Shown piece by piece: positions 37,031-50,504 of a DNA stretch of 64,000 nucleotides. The translations under genes were made by a program, and so were the position numbers. The notes beneath the pieces are model-generated. The model made no database searches and was not told where the DNA came from. It worked only from the letters and a program-made list of their open reading frames with translations. Within the stretch, counting starts at the first letter, position 1. The number at the start of each line of letters is the position of its first letter. Source of the stretch: Fimbriosthenelais zetlandica (Eukaryota); the NCBI GenBank assembly GCA_977030845.1, contig OZ365113.1, positions 33,542,001 to 33,606,000 on the forward strand, given 5' to 3'.

Positions 37031-40000
37031 ATAAGCATCCCTTGCCCCCTTCTTTTATATACACTTTAAATCCCATGATGACACGAATCTATATAGTTCT
37101 TGCTTCCAGGTATGCAATGGTAAAAGGTTGAGGCCCTCTCCTTTAATGGAGGTTAAACTAAAAACTCCATACATAGAACCACAATTACCATATTTGGTCA
37201 GATGCCACCTACACAACCCTATATGGCACTCTATAGAGTTGTTATTTGAATGAGACTTAATCCAAGAGTGTAAATTTGTGCATGGATTGTATAGTCTTTA
37301 ATATTTCATTCTATGTGGTTATGGATTTCTGGGGCAACCCATGATCAATAACCAGGTTAGTGGTATTTATGGCTTTGAAGTACACTTCGAAGCAAAAAAA
37401 GAAAAGGTACTTTTTGTACAAATAAGTGGGCATTCCCTTGGAGGCATCTTCCAAGCAAAGTACAATGACTACTACTATTCCATACAAGGAATACATGGCA
37501 TTCTTCATCAATACTTGTAGGCCTTCCACAAATCCATCTTTGGCTCTGGCCCAGCGAGGATCCAAATGAAGCCAATAAAACATAAATGGTTCTCAGTGGG
37601 AAAAAAACATGAATACCACTCGTGCTGAATCCATATGGAGTCAGCTGGGATGCCGCTCCTCTTTTGGAAGCAGGAACAGCTAGCGAGTTTGGTTTCGGTG
37701 TGAATTGCAAAGCTCTTCTGGATTTCCCTGTGAGGTTTCAAATTCTGATTTCATTTTCAAATCAGGAGCAAAATCACGTTTGATTTTTATCATGTTTCAG
37801 AAGAGGACGTGATGGCATATAACTGACTTCATTTGCAGTGCTCTCCCATCTAAATTAACAAGAATTATCATGGGAAATGTATGAAAGGAGGACCCCCTGG
37901 AACACCCCCACCCCACTTCACCGCCCTTGCAAATGGTAATATATAAGCTAGATGTGCTCACTCCCCACCCCTCTTCTTCATGTCCCCAATCCTTTCCGCC
38001 AAGCAGTCCAAATCTCCTTTTTGAATTTCATCCCAAAGGGTCATAGGGTCAGAGAAACACAAGTGGAAATTGCGTGTCAGAGACAATGAACATTAGTTTT
38101 TAACAGGCGCGTCTCTGGCCAATTCTTAACTTTAAGAAATCAAAGGGAAACTCTGAAACAGAGGAAGTAATGAAAAAAGTCTGGGAGCAGACGAATCTGA
38201 AAGATTAAAGAAGGATGGATATTTAAGTATAAAAAGAAATTTAAAGACAAAGAAACACGACTTTTGCTGATAGGACTCTGAGGAATATGAGATGCTGATG
38301 GGAACTGGATGAGTTATTACTGTTGACCTAGTCCAACAGAAAAAAAACAAAGGTTGAAATCAGAACAAGATGAACTCTTGTCAAAGAGAAATTCGACCTC
38401 AAATGTCTTTAATCTTCTATATATTATTTTCTCCTTGATATATGTCTATGCCGAGGCTGGCCTATACAGTTCAACTGAAATCGCTGCAAGAATTGACAAT
38501 GTTGGACCATTAAAATTGGAGACTATGGAACTAAATATCGTTGCTAAGGGTACGAAATTCCACTATTGGTACCCCTCAAAATCAGTAAGGAGATAGGTAG
38601 GAGATAGGTAATGAGACAGGACAGGGTTATACGCCTGTCCTGTCCCATAGCATGATGTTCAGCAGTCGGTGTAAGGGATTTCATAACATTGAGAGAAACA
38701 AATATCAACTCCCCCTACTGGGCGAGACAACTCTAGTATCATATTTACACGCCAGAGGGGGTACGGGCAGTGTGAACATTTGGTCCTTCAAATGTCCAGC
38801 CACATTCCGAGACGGTTTTTGTCTGTGTTTCATTGCCTTTTAGTAAGCCCAAGTCAAGTATAAGAAAGCTGATGAGACTTAAATTATTTTCACAGTTTAT
38901 TGATTGTCAAAGATTTGTTATACAATGATGCAAATAATTCTCACTTTACAAATCTTTTAATTGGAGACAAGCACAATAACTCAGTCTAGACTTCATATCA
39001 CACATGGACCATAGTTGAAGTCACATCCAAGAAATATTTTCTTTCGGGTTACTATAAGTTGTTCAGTGTTACTTTGGTTTCTCAACAAGGAGCAGAATGT
39101 ATTTGGAAATGTGTACATGAATTATACAAAGAGGATTACCTATTTTGGACTGATTATACCAGAGCTCGAAATCAGAAAGATTCTTGAATGAGCAATGGCG
39201 ATTTAATAGAGGACGAATTCATTCTAATACAAATGTATCTAGATATAATTATAATTGAAGAAACCGTGATATAAAGTTATGCAGAAAAACACTTAAAACG
39301 TGGCCAAATTTTGGAGCCAAACCAGGAGCATTCTCCACTCTCTTATTCATTTAAATATTCCCTGGTTACTTGTATTTAGTGCTGGGTTGGTACTAGCACA
39401 CATTGAGCACAATTTAATTGTTAGGCTCAGAAACCTAACACTACCTCTCCCCAGCATTAGCCTATTGGACGGCAAAATCTGTACTATAAAAATCCTCATA
39501 AACTGAGATGATTTTTAATTTATTTTGACAACCAAAAGACTCCAGTTTAACAATCAATATTTTAGGCCGGTTGAAAGGTATTTCAATGCCACAAACAATG
39601 GACAGTATATTATATCCAATCAATGGACAGTGTATAGTGGGAATCGGATTTAGATCAACTATATGGTTCAACTAACCAGAATGGATGGAAGTCTGAAGAA
39701 ATATCTAATATGAATTATCCATGCACTTGAACGTATAGTTTAAGCGCCTGAAATCATTACATGTGTGGCAGATTACAACATTGAACTCAATAATGTAAGG
39801 TAGCAGTGCAAATGCAGTAATGTGCAAACTTTGCAGCCATTTATATACAAATATACATAACTCGACTTAGCAATGATCTACTTACTATGACTTACCCCAC
39901 CACAAACTGAAGGCTATGTGACCAGCAATTATATTGCAATCTTTGTGCAAGATATGAAAATTCAAGAATCAAACAAATACTATAATCTGAATAAATTATA

Positions 40001-40944
40001 CACTGAATAATTCTTCCAATTCTCCACATGTACATCTAGCACCTAAGCTGTGAAAGGCTGGCGATCTATGTTAAATACAAACCCAACAATGGTCAGCCTA
40101 ACTGACATTGCTAAGGCAGTGGATATAGATACATCTGTCAATAAATTAACCAACCTTCATAGGAACTTAACCAAGTTTATAAATTGTACACCTTGACTTG
40201 AGGAATTGAAGCAAATATTTCATGTTCAAAGCAACACGTCCTCATTTGTCGACATTATTAAAATTTAACTAAATTAATTATGAAAATGACGATTATAAAC
40301 ACTTGAAAAATTATTTAAATGGATTTCAAAATTGTTAGTCACCAACATAACACTACATAGCAAAACAAAATGACGATTTTCCAGCACAAAACCAGACCCA
40401 CTTAATGTGCTGAACTAACATACTTTTAAAGAGAGCGTTCAACCTAAAACTTGCAGCCAACACGAACAAAATGCATGAGGTGACTTGGGTTAAGACTAGA
40501 CTTGCATGAAAAAGTGAACAGTACCTAGAATATAATAAATCAAGCAAATAAGTGTCATCTAATCGCTTAGAAGTAACTTCAGTAATTGTCAGTTTAGACA
40601 AGATTAGATAATTCAAGGCGTTGGTTTGGCTGAAGTTATTCACGCGTATTAACATCGATATGTTACTTGGTAACTTGTTAGGTTACATAATGGTAACAGT
40701 AACTTGGTCTGTCCTTAAAGTACACTAGGATTTGACACCCTACACCATTTAGTTTCACCAAACTTTAGTGGAATTTACCCTTAACTCAGGAGCACTAATC
40801 TCCAACTGGATTAACACTTTCGCACTGTCAGTCATGATTTGAATTTTTTTTTTTTAAATCACCAATCTCCACTACTTGGTGAAGATGACTTGAAATTTTA
40901 CCATGAAATAATTTCTCTGTATTTCACGTGTGAAGTACAAACCA

Positions 40945-40988
40945 GGGTCCGTTCCATAATGGATAACCAAACATTATGAAACGAACCC
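40945..40988. repeat. Short hairpin (17-bp stem with 2 mismatches, 10-nt loop)
   Basis: GGGTCCGTTCCATAATG-gataaccaaa-CATTATGAAACGAACCC. Confidence 0.7.
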
Positions 40989-41072
40989 GAGATGTTTCTA
41001 GATGGTTTTGTACAGGGCATCAAAGGAGACCAATCACTTCTTGAATAGTCCCCTACCACTGACCCAGCTTAA

Positions 41073-41283
41073 AGCCCGGAACACACTAATTTCATTCTTT
41101 ATCCTGCGCCATCCGTTAGCTGTCCGAAACGGTATTTCTATTCACACCAAATGCGTGTGATTTGAACAGTCCCTTACACCTAGGCAAGGCTAACCACTGA
41201 CAAAATTTCAATCTTTAGATGTCATTCGAAATAGGGTATCGGATGGCGACGGATTGGAGAATCGGATTAGTGTGTTCCAGGCT
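41073..41283. mobile_element. PIF/Harbinger-type MITE, 211 bp
   Basis: TIRs AGCCCGGAACACACTAAT / ATTAGTGTGTTCCAGGCT extend imperfectly to about 43 bp (..CGCCATCCG); 3-bp TAA TSD at 41070-41072 and 41284-41286. Confidence 0.75.
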
Positions 41284-41400
41284 TAAGGTTTCATTTGACA
41301 TGACAGTGTTAGTGATTGGTCATAGTGTATAAAGTCACCGTTTTACATCACATTGCGCCCTCTAGTAGGGAGGACGAGTTGGTCTGGAGGAAACGTAGAT

Positions 41401-44400
41401 CTACGCCGACGCCGAGTCTTCACGGGAGAAGATGTGGACGCCCTTCACCCAGGACAAGCCCGAGGTCTGGGCGTTCTTACTGGCTGCTTCATCAGGACTC
41501 TCCGCCGGCTAAATTAGAAATAATAAATTACTACCATTAAACATTAAATTACTATCCTGAGATCTGAGATCTAAAATCGCGTCGTTGTATAAGCCGCAGG
41601 TCGCGATTTTCAGGAAAGAAGTCGCGGCTTATACACCCTCAAATACGGTAATAGGCGAGACATTTCAGCGACACGACACATAATATCTTCATGCGAAAGA
41701 TCAAAAGCATTCCAAAAGAATCAAGTTTTAGCTGATGACGCATTTATCTACCAAATTATACCACCTTACTGTATTACTAACAATTAGTACCTAACATCTA
41801 AGAATTATAATACACTTATAAATATAAGTTATATGGATTATGGTAGAATTCAAGTGACCGTTGTGCCAACTGTTAAGCAACATTTTTTACAAGAGAGAAA
41901 AAACTTAATTTTCTAACAAGATACAAGACAAAAGATTCAATTAATGAATTCAAATCAAGCAGTGGTGGTAGTACAAGGAAAGATCAAAATTACCAGGCCC
42001 CATAAGGGCATAGTTTACATGCTTAAGATTCAAAATTTAGTAAGAACCTTAACCATGCTTAGAATGAAAGTATAAATATAAATGATATTTACTAAGCAGC
42101 TGTTGGTACATGGTCATTTGGTTAGTGGTAATGGGTGCAGAGAAGGACACGGCCACATGTCTAGTTTACCTTTATTTACCTTTGGCTCAAGCATCTTTTG
42201 ATGTGTTTCTTCATGGATATCCTTATCCCATGGACCAAACCTGGAAGCAAATTATCAAAAAATGTTAAGGCGAGTTTAAAGCAAACATTTCTCATCATAT
42301 TTGTACTGATCTCAGAAATGACTTGGCCTGAAGATCCCCATGACTGCTTATTAAGAAGCCCCTTTTATTATATTTTCAAGTTTCATTAGCAGTTTTATCA
42401 AGTATAGAAACTATATGCTCATTCTCCATCTAATAAGGCTAAGAAATCAAGTTTGTTGAAAAGATTTTCAGACATACCTAATCGCATGTGGATCATCCGT
42501 ACTTGGCTCGTCATAGATATGTTCTAGAGTGTTCTGTACAAATTTTCCTACTTTGCTTTTAAATAATTCGTGGTCCTGTTCATACCTGAAAATATACAAT
42601 AAGAAAAAGATGAATTATCAATTCCCACTAAGGCATGCTTCAATTAAATGTTTGGAAAGCAAAAGTTACTTCAAGATTTTACTGAGTTGCATTTTGAAAT
42701 GTTCCTAGAAAGTTATCTATTCACCCAGACTCTCTATAAGTCTTTCGGGAATTGCAAAATCAAAATCAACATTAGTTCAAAAATATTGGTAGGGGAAGAA
42801 AAGGTATACTCACAGGACGGCTGCTTCAGGGTTGAGAGGACTTTTCGTGTCTATTTTATAGAATATTCTCCTGGCGTATAACAAAACTTGCCAGATATGA
42901 TTTACATTCCGCCTGAAAATAGCGAAAGAGTAACAATCAAACTTGTGATCCAATATTTATTACTAAATATATATTTTTGATACAAAATTATCTAATATCG
43001 GTGATATTATATTTTAAATGAATCTTACCTCCACTTCTGGAACCCTCTCTTCACATCCAGTTCTCCTGATTCTGGATCGATAATGGGATGGAATACGGGT
43101 GGGTCGAACACCAATTTCTACCATTAAAAAAGAAGATATTTTATTTAATGACATACTACTTCATAATAATTGATAGCCTAGCAAGGCAATTTTTCAACCA
43201 CACATAATAAAATTTTGTTCATGAGAACTTACCGGACAGTCTCCATCAGGGTAATTCTCGGGTATGTAGAGGGAAAACTTGAAAACCCCTCCTTGATAGA
43301 GTCCTTGTCTAATGAAAAGAACGCCGTACCAAACTGAAAAAAGAAAATGACAAAGTAAGTACGAGCTTCAATAAATTTAAACAGAAGAACTAGGAGAGAA
43401 TCACAGAAATAAGTTACCTATAAAAGCAAGAGAAGGACAGGCATACTTACATAAGGCAGATTTTGCTGAAGGAATGACATAGACACCTGGTAACTTCTGC
43501 TTTTGTATTTGATTACTGAAAAATAATAAGTAAACTATGTATGAACTACAGTGCAAACAACATAAACGCAATATTCAAAAGTGGTTCATTAGATTAGGTA
43601 TTCCCATGTACATTTACCATCAAAACTTATGACTTGTGACCAAACATAAAACATACTTGGCAAATATTTGTAAAATGAATTTGGCATAGATACAAGCCCT
43701 GGGGTCATATACTGGATAAGTCGCCATGACATTGTAAAATAAAATCAACTAAAGAACGCAATACAAGGTATTGTAAATCAAACAGATGAAGCATTTAAAA
43801 CCTGACATTCAAACAATACAATAATATTTTTTTTAATTTATACTTTTGTGAAAAAAGTGGGGAAGATAAATTTTATTTAAGGTCCAGTCAGTCAAAAAGA
43901 TAGCAAAAGTTAACTAAAAATTAGCAAACGGTAACTGGCTTCAAGTAAATGAATGTATTACTTACTATTCTGCTAATAAGGAGTATTCTAAGAAGAATGG
44001 ACCGAAGGAATGATTTCTGCCAGGCGATGTGGCCTTTTTGTCGGCCATCTTTTTCTCGAGCGACACCTGAGTGGCTGAGTCTGGGACTGGAGGTAACTGC
44101 TTCCTCGCCAGCGGTGTAGAGGACGGTGTGACGGAGGGAGGGGTCTTACAGGGCGGAACAGCTGGAGTAGGGTCATCTTCTTTATTATCAGTCTAAAACA
44201 TGACATAAAGCAACTGATTACAAGTCAGACAGAGAAGAAAGTTTACTGTAGTGGCATAGCGAAGACAGATTATATGTATTGCGTGCCACCTCACAGTTGT
44301 GAGTGGCACGGCTCAGTTATTTTCTGGTCATTAGCTGAAATGAGAATGTTTTGGGATGGGGAAGGACTGGTTTGGGGTTCAAACATGGAATAGGGTTTTC

Positions 44401-47400
44401 CATGGAAAAGATCAGAATAGGGAATATGAATTTAAAAGATATTTGGGAGGTAAAACATCATGGAATGTGAGATTGAAACATGCACAATTATTGAGAGAAA
44501 AACTCATTTTTAAGGCTACGTTTTTCCCTGGTGTGACTAGAATCTGGCTTCTTTTTTTCTTAAAAACAATGTTTATATCCTTAAGACCCTAGGCCTGCAG
44601 GATATCTTGAAAAAATCAATAAGGCCAGGTCAATGCAATCAATATGGCCATATCTACCAAAGCCTCCATCAGGGGTAATGAATCACCAGTGAACAAAGCA
44701 CACACAAAGACACACCTCGAGTTTTTTGATGTGAGATTCTAAGAGTCTGAGTTCCAGCTTCATGTCCAGGTCAGTGAGATCAGAGGGTGGTAAGGTACAG
44801 TGCTCCCAGGGGGCGTAGCGGGGCAGCGCCCTCACATTGCACGACCTTTCAATCTTCTCCCCAGGCATTTTGCTTCTACACCACACATGCCTTTGTCATT
44901 TTTTGTTGGTAAAAGTTTTATGACCTATTCCCAATGGTGAATTTAAGTCAAAGGAATGCCTTTGTCGGTTGGTTCTTGCCTTGACACTTATTTTGGTTTT
45001 TGGTTATTCTGAGTGGCATTAACTGCCTTTAAAAGTTCATCAAGTCAATGAAGTTTGACAATGACTGGAAATTCCCAGCTAATAGATGTTGGGTGACACT
45101 AAACTGAGTTAGTAGTTGGATTCCGATGTTCAGGTTGTGTATATTGTGGTTGATGGATGATAGTTATAATCATATCATATTGATCAATCTTCCTCATATA
45201 GAGGTTATTAATCAACCATGAATCAGACCACCACTTTCACCAAACATGACCTCACATTACCCAGATGGAGAGTCAGTTGGACAGTAATTTAATTCCATCG
45301 ATCTTCCAGCAAACCCGCTTTCTGCACGTGCTGGCACTGAATGTTTAACCAAACTTTCACGGTCCGGGCACTCGATGAATATTTAACAAAACCTTTACAT
45401 GAGCTTGATCCACAGTCCCAGGTAAATCTCAGACATGGCACATTGATACTCTATAACCAATTCAGCTCACGTGGACAGTTTCCACATTTAACATAAATCC
45501 TTGGAATATGTATCCATTGATTGTCACCTTATTTTTTGGTTAAATTTTAACACCTGTCCAAGACCTGGTGACAATTGATACTGAAGTTACTCTCTCTACT
45601 ATTTTTATACACAGCACCGCCGACTGAATTTAAATCCAATGTTTTGGGTTTCATGGAAGGTAAGGTCCAAAGGTGAGCTTTTCGCCCAGGTGCGAGTATA
45701 TCCAGTAGGGGTTGTGATACCAGGGAGTTATCAGTTACTTATCCATCCCATGTCTGTTAATCTCCGGTATAAGGATTAATAAGGAGTCCAAACTGGATGT
45801 GATAAGAGATATAGAGGGTAGTAGTTTTAGCCCTAGCTTCCCATTATATTACCTGGCCATCACTAAGCTACTGCTTGGCAACCAGCATGCATTAGATCGA
45901 TTATCACCTGAGCTGGGTTACCTGTCCCTCTGGGCCCACCCCCTCCTCCTGCCCCACCCCCTCTCCTTCACAATAACAAATCCTACGGCATTCAATGCAG
46001 GCAGTCCTAATTTTATCATTAACTCCCACAGAATCAGTGATGTGCTTGATCAATCCAAATCCTGCAAAGTATCATCTCAAACCAAGCTTAGATCGTGAAA
46101 TTTGTGATTGGTGGAAATATTTAAGCACAAAATCCAATGGACATTCAATGTACTTTAGATCACAAATTCATTTGGTAAGAGGATCTCAAAATTCAAATCA
46201 CTCATTCATTCATTAAAAGTTAATTCCATTTAGGTTTGTTGGTGAAATTCGGTATGAGATATTGGTGATTTCCTTTGTATTTGTTGGTGAGAAGGAAGTG
46301 AACCAATGTTGTTGTGTGAGTGGTGGGAAGGTGGTGGATGATGGATGCATGTGTTGCTGCAGCTTATATGGCTTTTAAATGAGCAGGGCACAATATGTTG
46401 TACTCAACTTAGCTCCGACTATCTGCAGGCTACCTGGTCAGAACAATACACAGCTCCTGCCTCTGGCATAGTCAGCTCAATGTCATGTGTCTCCAATGGT
46501 TGCCATGGAAACTAAAACTCAGGTAGCCGACTCAAACATGTCAACTCCTCATGCTTCCCTCCTCGTCATTCTCGCTCGTTATGACGAGCGACAGCTTGAG
46601 CGGTGAGCGATCAAGTGTGAGAGAGTGTGGCGCACCTCTTCCTTGATTTTCTCATTAATAAAGAGTCCATGTGGGTGCCCCTCAGGTAGATGCATGTAAT
46701 ATATCTACAAGCGAGGAGCCAATTATATATCTATTCCCCCACCTGGTACATGGCAGTTTATGTCCATAAAATAGACATGCTCCTGTATATAGTTCACAGG
46801 CGGGGCAAAGTGTGAAAAGCACTCACTCTGTGTTTAACACGTGTGTCCTTTGTTAGGTTTTGTCAATTTTGTTGAAAAAATATTTTAACATGGCAACGGA
46901 GCTTTGGAGTGGAGAGCAGTTTTCATGATTGTGAGAGGAATGATGGGAGCGCAGTGAGCCTTATAACACTCGCAGTCATGCATGAATGAGTCGGTGCATG
47001 GACATTTAACGAGGAATGAATGGACAATAGAATGGGGGAGGCTTTCTCTAAATACCAATGGGCGGGAGAATGGGGGGTGAGTGTTGTAGGGGTAGAGGGG
47101 TAACTCTAAATGAGATGTGTAGATACCTTTTAACTTCTATGGGAGGATTTCTTTTGTTCGGACCAATTTTCGTTAGCATAGGATGTGCCTTTAGTGTGGC
47201 TACACCCATTGGTTCAAACATCAAAGGAAATTAAACATGACTAAAATACCGGACTGTCTTTGACATATAATCAATGTATTCATTCATGTCATTAGAAGTC
47301 AATGAAGTGTCATTAAATATTATGTAAGCAGCTTAGAGAACGGCGGGATATAATTAAAATAACTACCAACTGTGACAATGATGTTGAAAAAGGAATAATT

Positions 47401-49050
47401 CATTCTTTAAATCAAAGGATATTATTTGTCAAAGAACTGCGAAAAATGAAGTAAAACCTTCCTCGAAAGTTCATCACCTTGTAAAAAAAAGTCCTGGAAG
47501 CAATCCAGGTTGTCTGAGAGTTGGCCAAGTTACTTTACAGGAATTTCATGAAATGTGAAGTCAAGGGAAGTTGAAAACCGTTGCATTCATCCAACAAATA
47601 ACGTAAGTAAAGTTCCTCATGTGTGTCAACGGAAAGTACATGTAGAATCTATTACATGAGGAATAATATTCAGCAAAAACTTTGATTTTAAATTTGGAGT
47701 ATTGCCCCCAAGGCTTCCTACATATTTCATAGAGTTCGTTCATTAAATGTATGCCTTAACCTCCAGAGGTTTAATAAAGACCCTGTAGCCATGGAAACGA
47801 CATGAGTCATTGATAATTTCAACCCAAAATAAAGTAAATTAATGACGAGTGATTTCTAGCCCCCGGGGGAGTTCTAAAAACACATAAAATGATTACTCTA
47901 TTAATAATAGGATAAAACCGATTAATGGGTATTATCTAGTTTATAATTATAGTGTTAGGATTAAGGGGTCTTCATGGGGATGTGGTCACAAATAAAGATC
48001 TGGGTTCAGTGAATATTAACTTCTTTTGATCAATATTTCTGTAGCCTAGAGAATATAGTATACAGGACCTTTCCTGTGTAATATTTCTGATACTCAGATG
48101 TTATAACCACATCAGAGATTCAATTATTTTATTTGAGCTCGTTTTTCCCATCAAACTGTGAAGTTTTGGGACTTTTCCAGCAGCAGAAGGAGAGGAAGAT
48201 AGAGATCCATGCCGGTGACTCTTTGTTTGGGCCGCTGAAGCGCGAAAACCCACAACACATTTAGACTCTGGCATTTTCCTCATGACAAAAGCGACATTGA
48301 CACAAGTCCCCGGACCAGTAAAACCAACAAGTATGACAGTATGACGGATCAGACACAAAGCTGAGGGGTGGAGGCCGGGGAGTAGGGGAGGTTGGTGAGC
48401 TGGCTACCGGCCAGACCCTGTGATGAGGCCGGCTAGAGTTATGGCCACATGCCCGGGGACGGTCCGGGGAATGGATGTGGAACAACAGATGACTGCTCAG
48501 TGAATGCCTTGACATGGGAAGACCTCTCCCTTTAACATGATCATGTAAAGTCATGTCATAAAAGTCAACATTTTATGGAGATTTTCATTTGAAAATAGTA
48601 TAACTTCAAATCAATTCATCAATGCCTGTGTGTGGTATGGGGGAACAAGTAATTGCAGATAAAGTGCCTGATTGATTGGCAGAGATGTATCATAAGGGAT
48701 TTTCTTTTAATCAAAATGGAAATTACATAATGACAATGAATGTCAGACAATGATTAAAATAGATAAATTGAGGCTAATTAAAGCTGAGAAAAGTAGGACA
48801 AGTGTAATCCAAGAGACCTATTGTGAATGTAGATAAAATCACGGAACAGTTTCAAGATAATTTATGGTTGAACAAGTTAAGAGTTATAGTTAGTTTAGTG
48901 AAATTAAAGTTAAAACTGAAAGACAAAATCTTTCTTTATCTTACGGTACTAAAGTTAAAGATATTTCTTATGAATAATATAATAGATAAATCAGTTATTA
49001 ACCTTGTCTGCCGACGCCATTCTGACTTGACTGCTATCGTGGCGCGTCAT
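41401..49050 (-). CDS. AKTIP: AKT-interacting protein / Fused toes (crossbronx) homolog, inactive E2 variant, about 301 aa
   Basis: Exons (minus): 49003-49050 (tentative start [16 protein letters not shown]), 43966-44192, 43451-43515, 43233-43333, 43029-43117, 42814-42912, 42478-42585, 42180-42240, 41401-41508. All are GT-AG with matching phases. Translation gives [64 protein letters not shown] (Asp at the E2 catalytic Cys), [18 protein letters not shown] and GLSWVK, matching recalled AKTIP. The first coding exon is the least certain. Confidence 0.93.
41587..41650. mobile_element. Terminal fragment of a pogo-like MITE in the last AKTIP intron
   Basis: GTATAAGCCGC ... GCGGCTTATACACCCTCAAATACGGTA; the ...AAATACGGTA end with TATAAGCCGC subterminal inverted motifs is typical of this MITE class. 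Confidence 0.5.
46499..46512. promoter_or_regulatory. RFX X-box
   Basis: GTTGCCATGGAAAC is a full match to the canonical X-box consensus. Confidence 0.6.
47785..47798. promoter_or_regulatory. RFX X-box variant
   Basis: GTAGCCATGGAAAC, one change from the 46499 site. Confidence 0.45.
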
Positions 49051-49906
49051 AGAACAAAAAATGGGTGCTTCCAGGCATCAGGGCCAAACCTGGAATATAT
49101 TATTAACATGTGTATCAGATAACAATAGGTATTATACATGCATAGCCCTCCTCATCCGACCAAGGTCATATCTGGGTCGATATCATATAATATAGACTGT
49201 AGGCCTACGGTTAATATCAATTATCATGGCCATGGTCACAGAAAATGACTAATCCACCAAATGGTATTAATTTTTTTAATACATATTTCACATATTCATC
49301 ATAAGGTAGGCTTACATTTATTTTGCTAATTATTAATGGTAGGCCTAGGGGCTAGACCTACCATGGTATGATTATGGGAAAGGAAAATGGTTGGTAATTT
49401 ACAATTTAATATTATCCAGTATCATTCATGGCCAAGCTCTAATCTAACTAGGCACAGTTTATGCCAGCTACTATCGATATTGATCAACGCCAACGCGGCA
49501 ATGGGGCCCCAGGCCCTGGGCCTGGGTCTGAACCCGGGGGTGGGGGGATCTGCCCCCACAGGCACAGTCCTACACGGCTACACTGCCTACAGGCACGAGT
49601 CTCACCTTAGGCTTAGCTACGCCTACGGGGAGATAGACATACTGATAGTCCCAACTCTACACTCACTAATCTATGAATTAATCGAATGTTCATTGCAAGT
49701 AATCTTAAATCTACATGGCTATGGGATGTGTCATTTCAACATTTGTCAACATTTGAAATGGAGGGTGGGCCAAAGAATGCATCGCAAAGCGAATGGTTTT
49801 CAGCGCACTTTCCGCAACTACAATTGTTCAGGCTATATTTTGGCCTTCTATATAAAGGAATTGAGTTCTATGATCGCTAGATAAGTTGATTGAAAACCGA
49901 TCTTAC

Positions 49907-50006
49907 CTCCAAATAAGAAAATTACATGTCAAAATGCACCTGTATGACCGATTTTCTTCAGTTTCGTTGACGGGGATGTGGTCTCTTCCGGTTACAGAAA
50001 ATGGCG
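49907..50006. promoter_or_regulatory. Candidate bidirectional promoter with the AKTIP non-coding first exon
   Basis: ETS/GABP-like CTTCCGGT (49985-49992) and YY1-like AAAATGGCG (49998-50006); minus-strand donor GAG|GTAAGA at 49906; plus-strand donor GTAAGT at 50133. Confidence 0.55.
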
Positions 50007-50132
50007 CAAGATCAATTCATACTCCGTTATAACAGGTACGCTGTGCTTCCGCAGTTCGTGGATAGAGGGCGTAACAGCATGGAGATCAGACGGACTTTGG
50101 AAGATTCTCTCACCTGTTCTATCCTTTTACCT
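50001..50132 (+). other. Orphan plus-strand exon with a 44-codon open frame (MAQDQFILRY...SILLP) ending at a phase-0 donor
   Basis: AAAATGGCG start context, no stop codon, CCT|GTAAGT donor; no recognisable homology. Confidence 0.45.
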
Positions 50133-50479
50133 GTAAGTAGTTTATTTATTTCTGGTTGTCTTGTTATAATTTAGTCAATATATTCTGAATGTTCATGAGG
50201 GACTGCCTTTTGCCTAACGTCATAATACCGGTACCGGTATAACAAAAGGAAGTGTAAGACTAAGTGCATTGAAATGGGACGTACCCCTTCTCAATATTTT
50301 AGGGATTTTCTCTACATTTACGGCGCAGTAAGACTTAGCCCCTTGGACTTCTTTAAAATTTAGAACCGATCGATGAATAAAGTGTCAGTAGACAAAGTTG
50401 CCTAACCATAGAAAATTAATTTAGACGAACGCAAGTAGGCGTCCCTATGCCGGGGTATCAAAATTAATAATGAACACAA

Positions 50480-50504
50480 TTTATTAATCTGAACAACTTT
50501 TATT
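50480..50504 (-). terminator. Tandem AATAAA polyadenylation signals of BBS10
   Basis: TTTATT at 50499-50504 (overlapping the TAA stop) and at 50480-50485, created by a duplicated TTTATTAATCTGA. Confidence 0.6.

Noticed and set aside
38614-38643. 11-bp GC hairpin GACAGGACAGG...CCTGTCCTGTC as a possible Helitron 3' end
   Set aside because: No CTAG/CTRR terminus at the expected distance on either strand.
48101-48554. GC-rich patch with two minus-strand ORFs in the AKTIP intron
   Set aside because: No in-frame donor compatible with the next exon and no recognisable homology; it may be regulatory, but I cannot support that.
49387-49884. 165-aa plus-strand ORF
   Set aside because: Lies in the AKTIP 5' intron, runs through a GC-rich GGGGCCCC repeat-like patch, and shows no recognisable domain.
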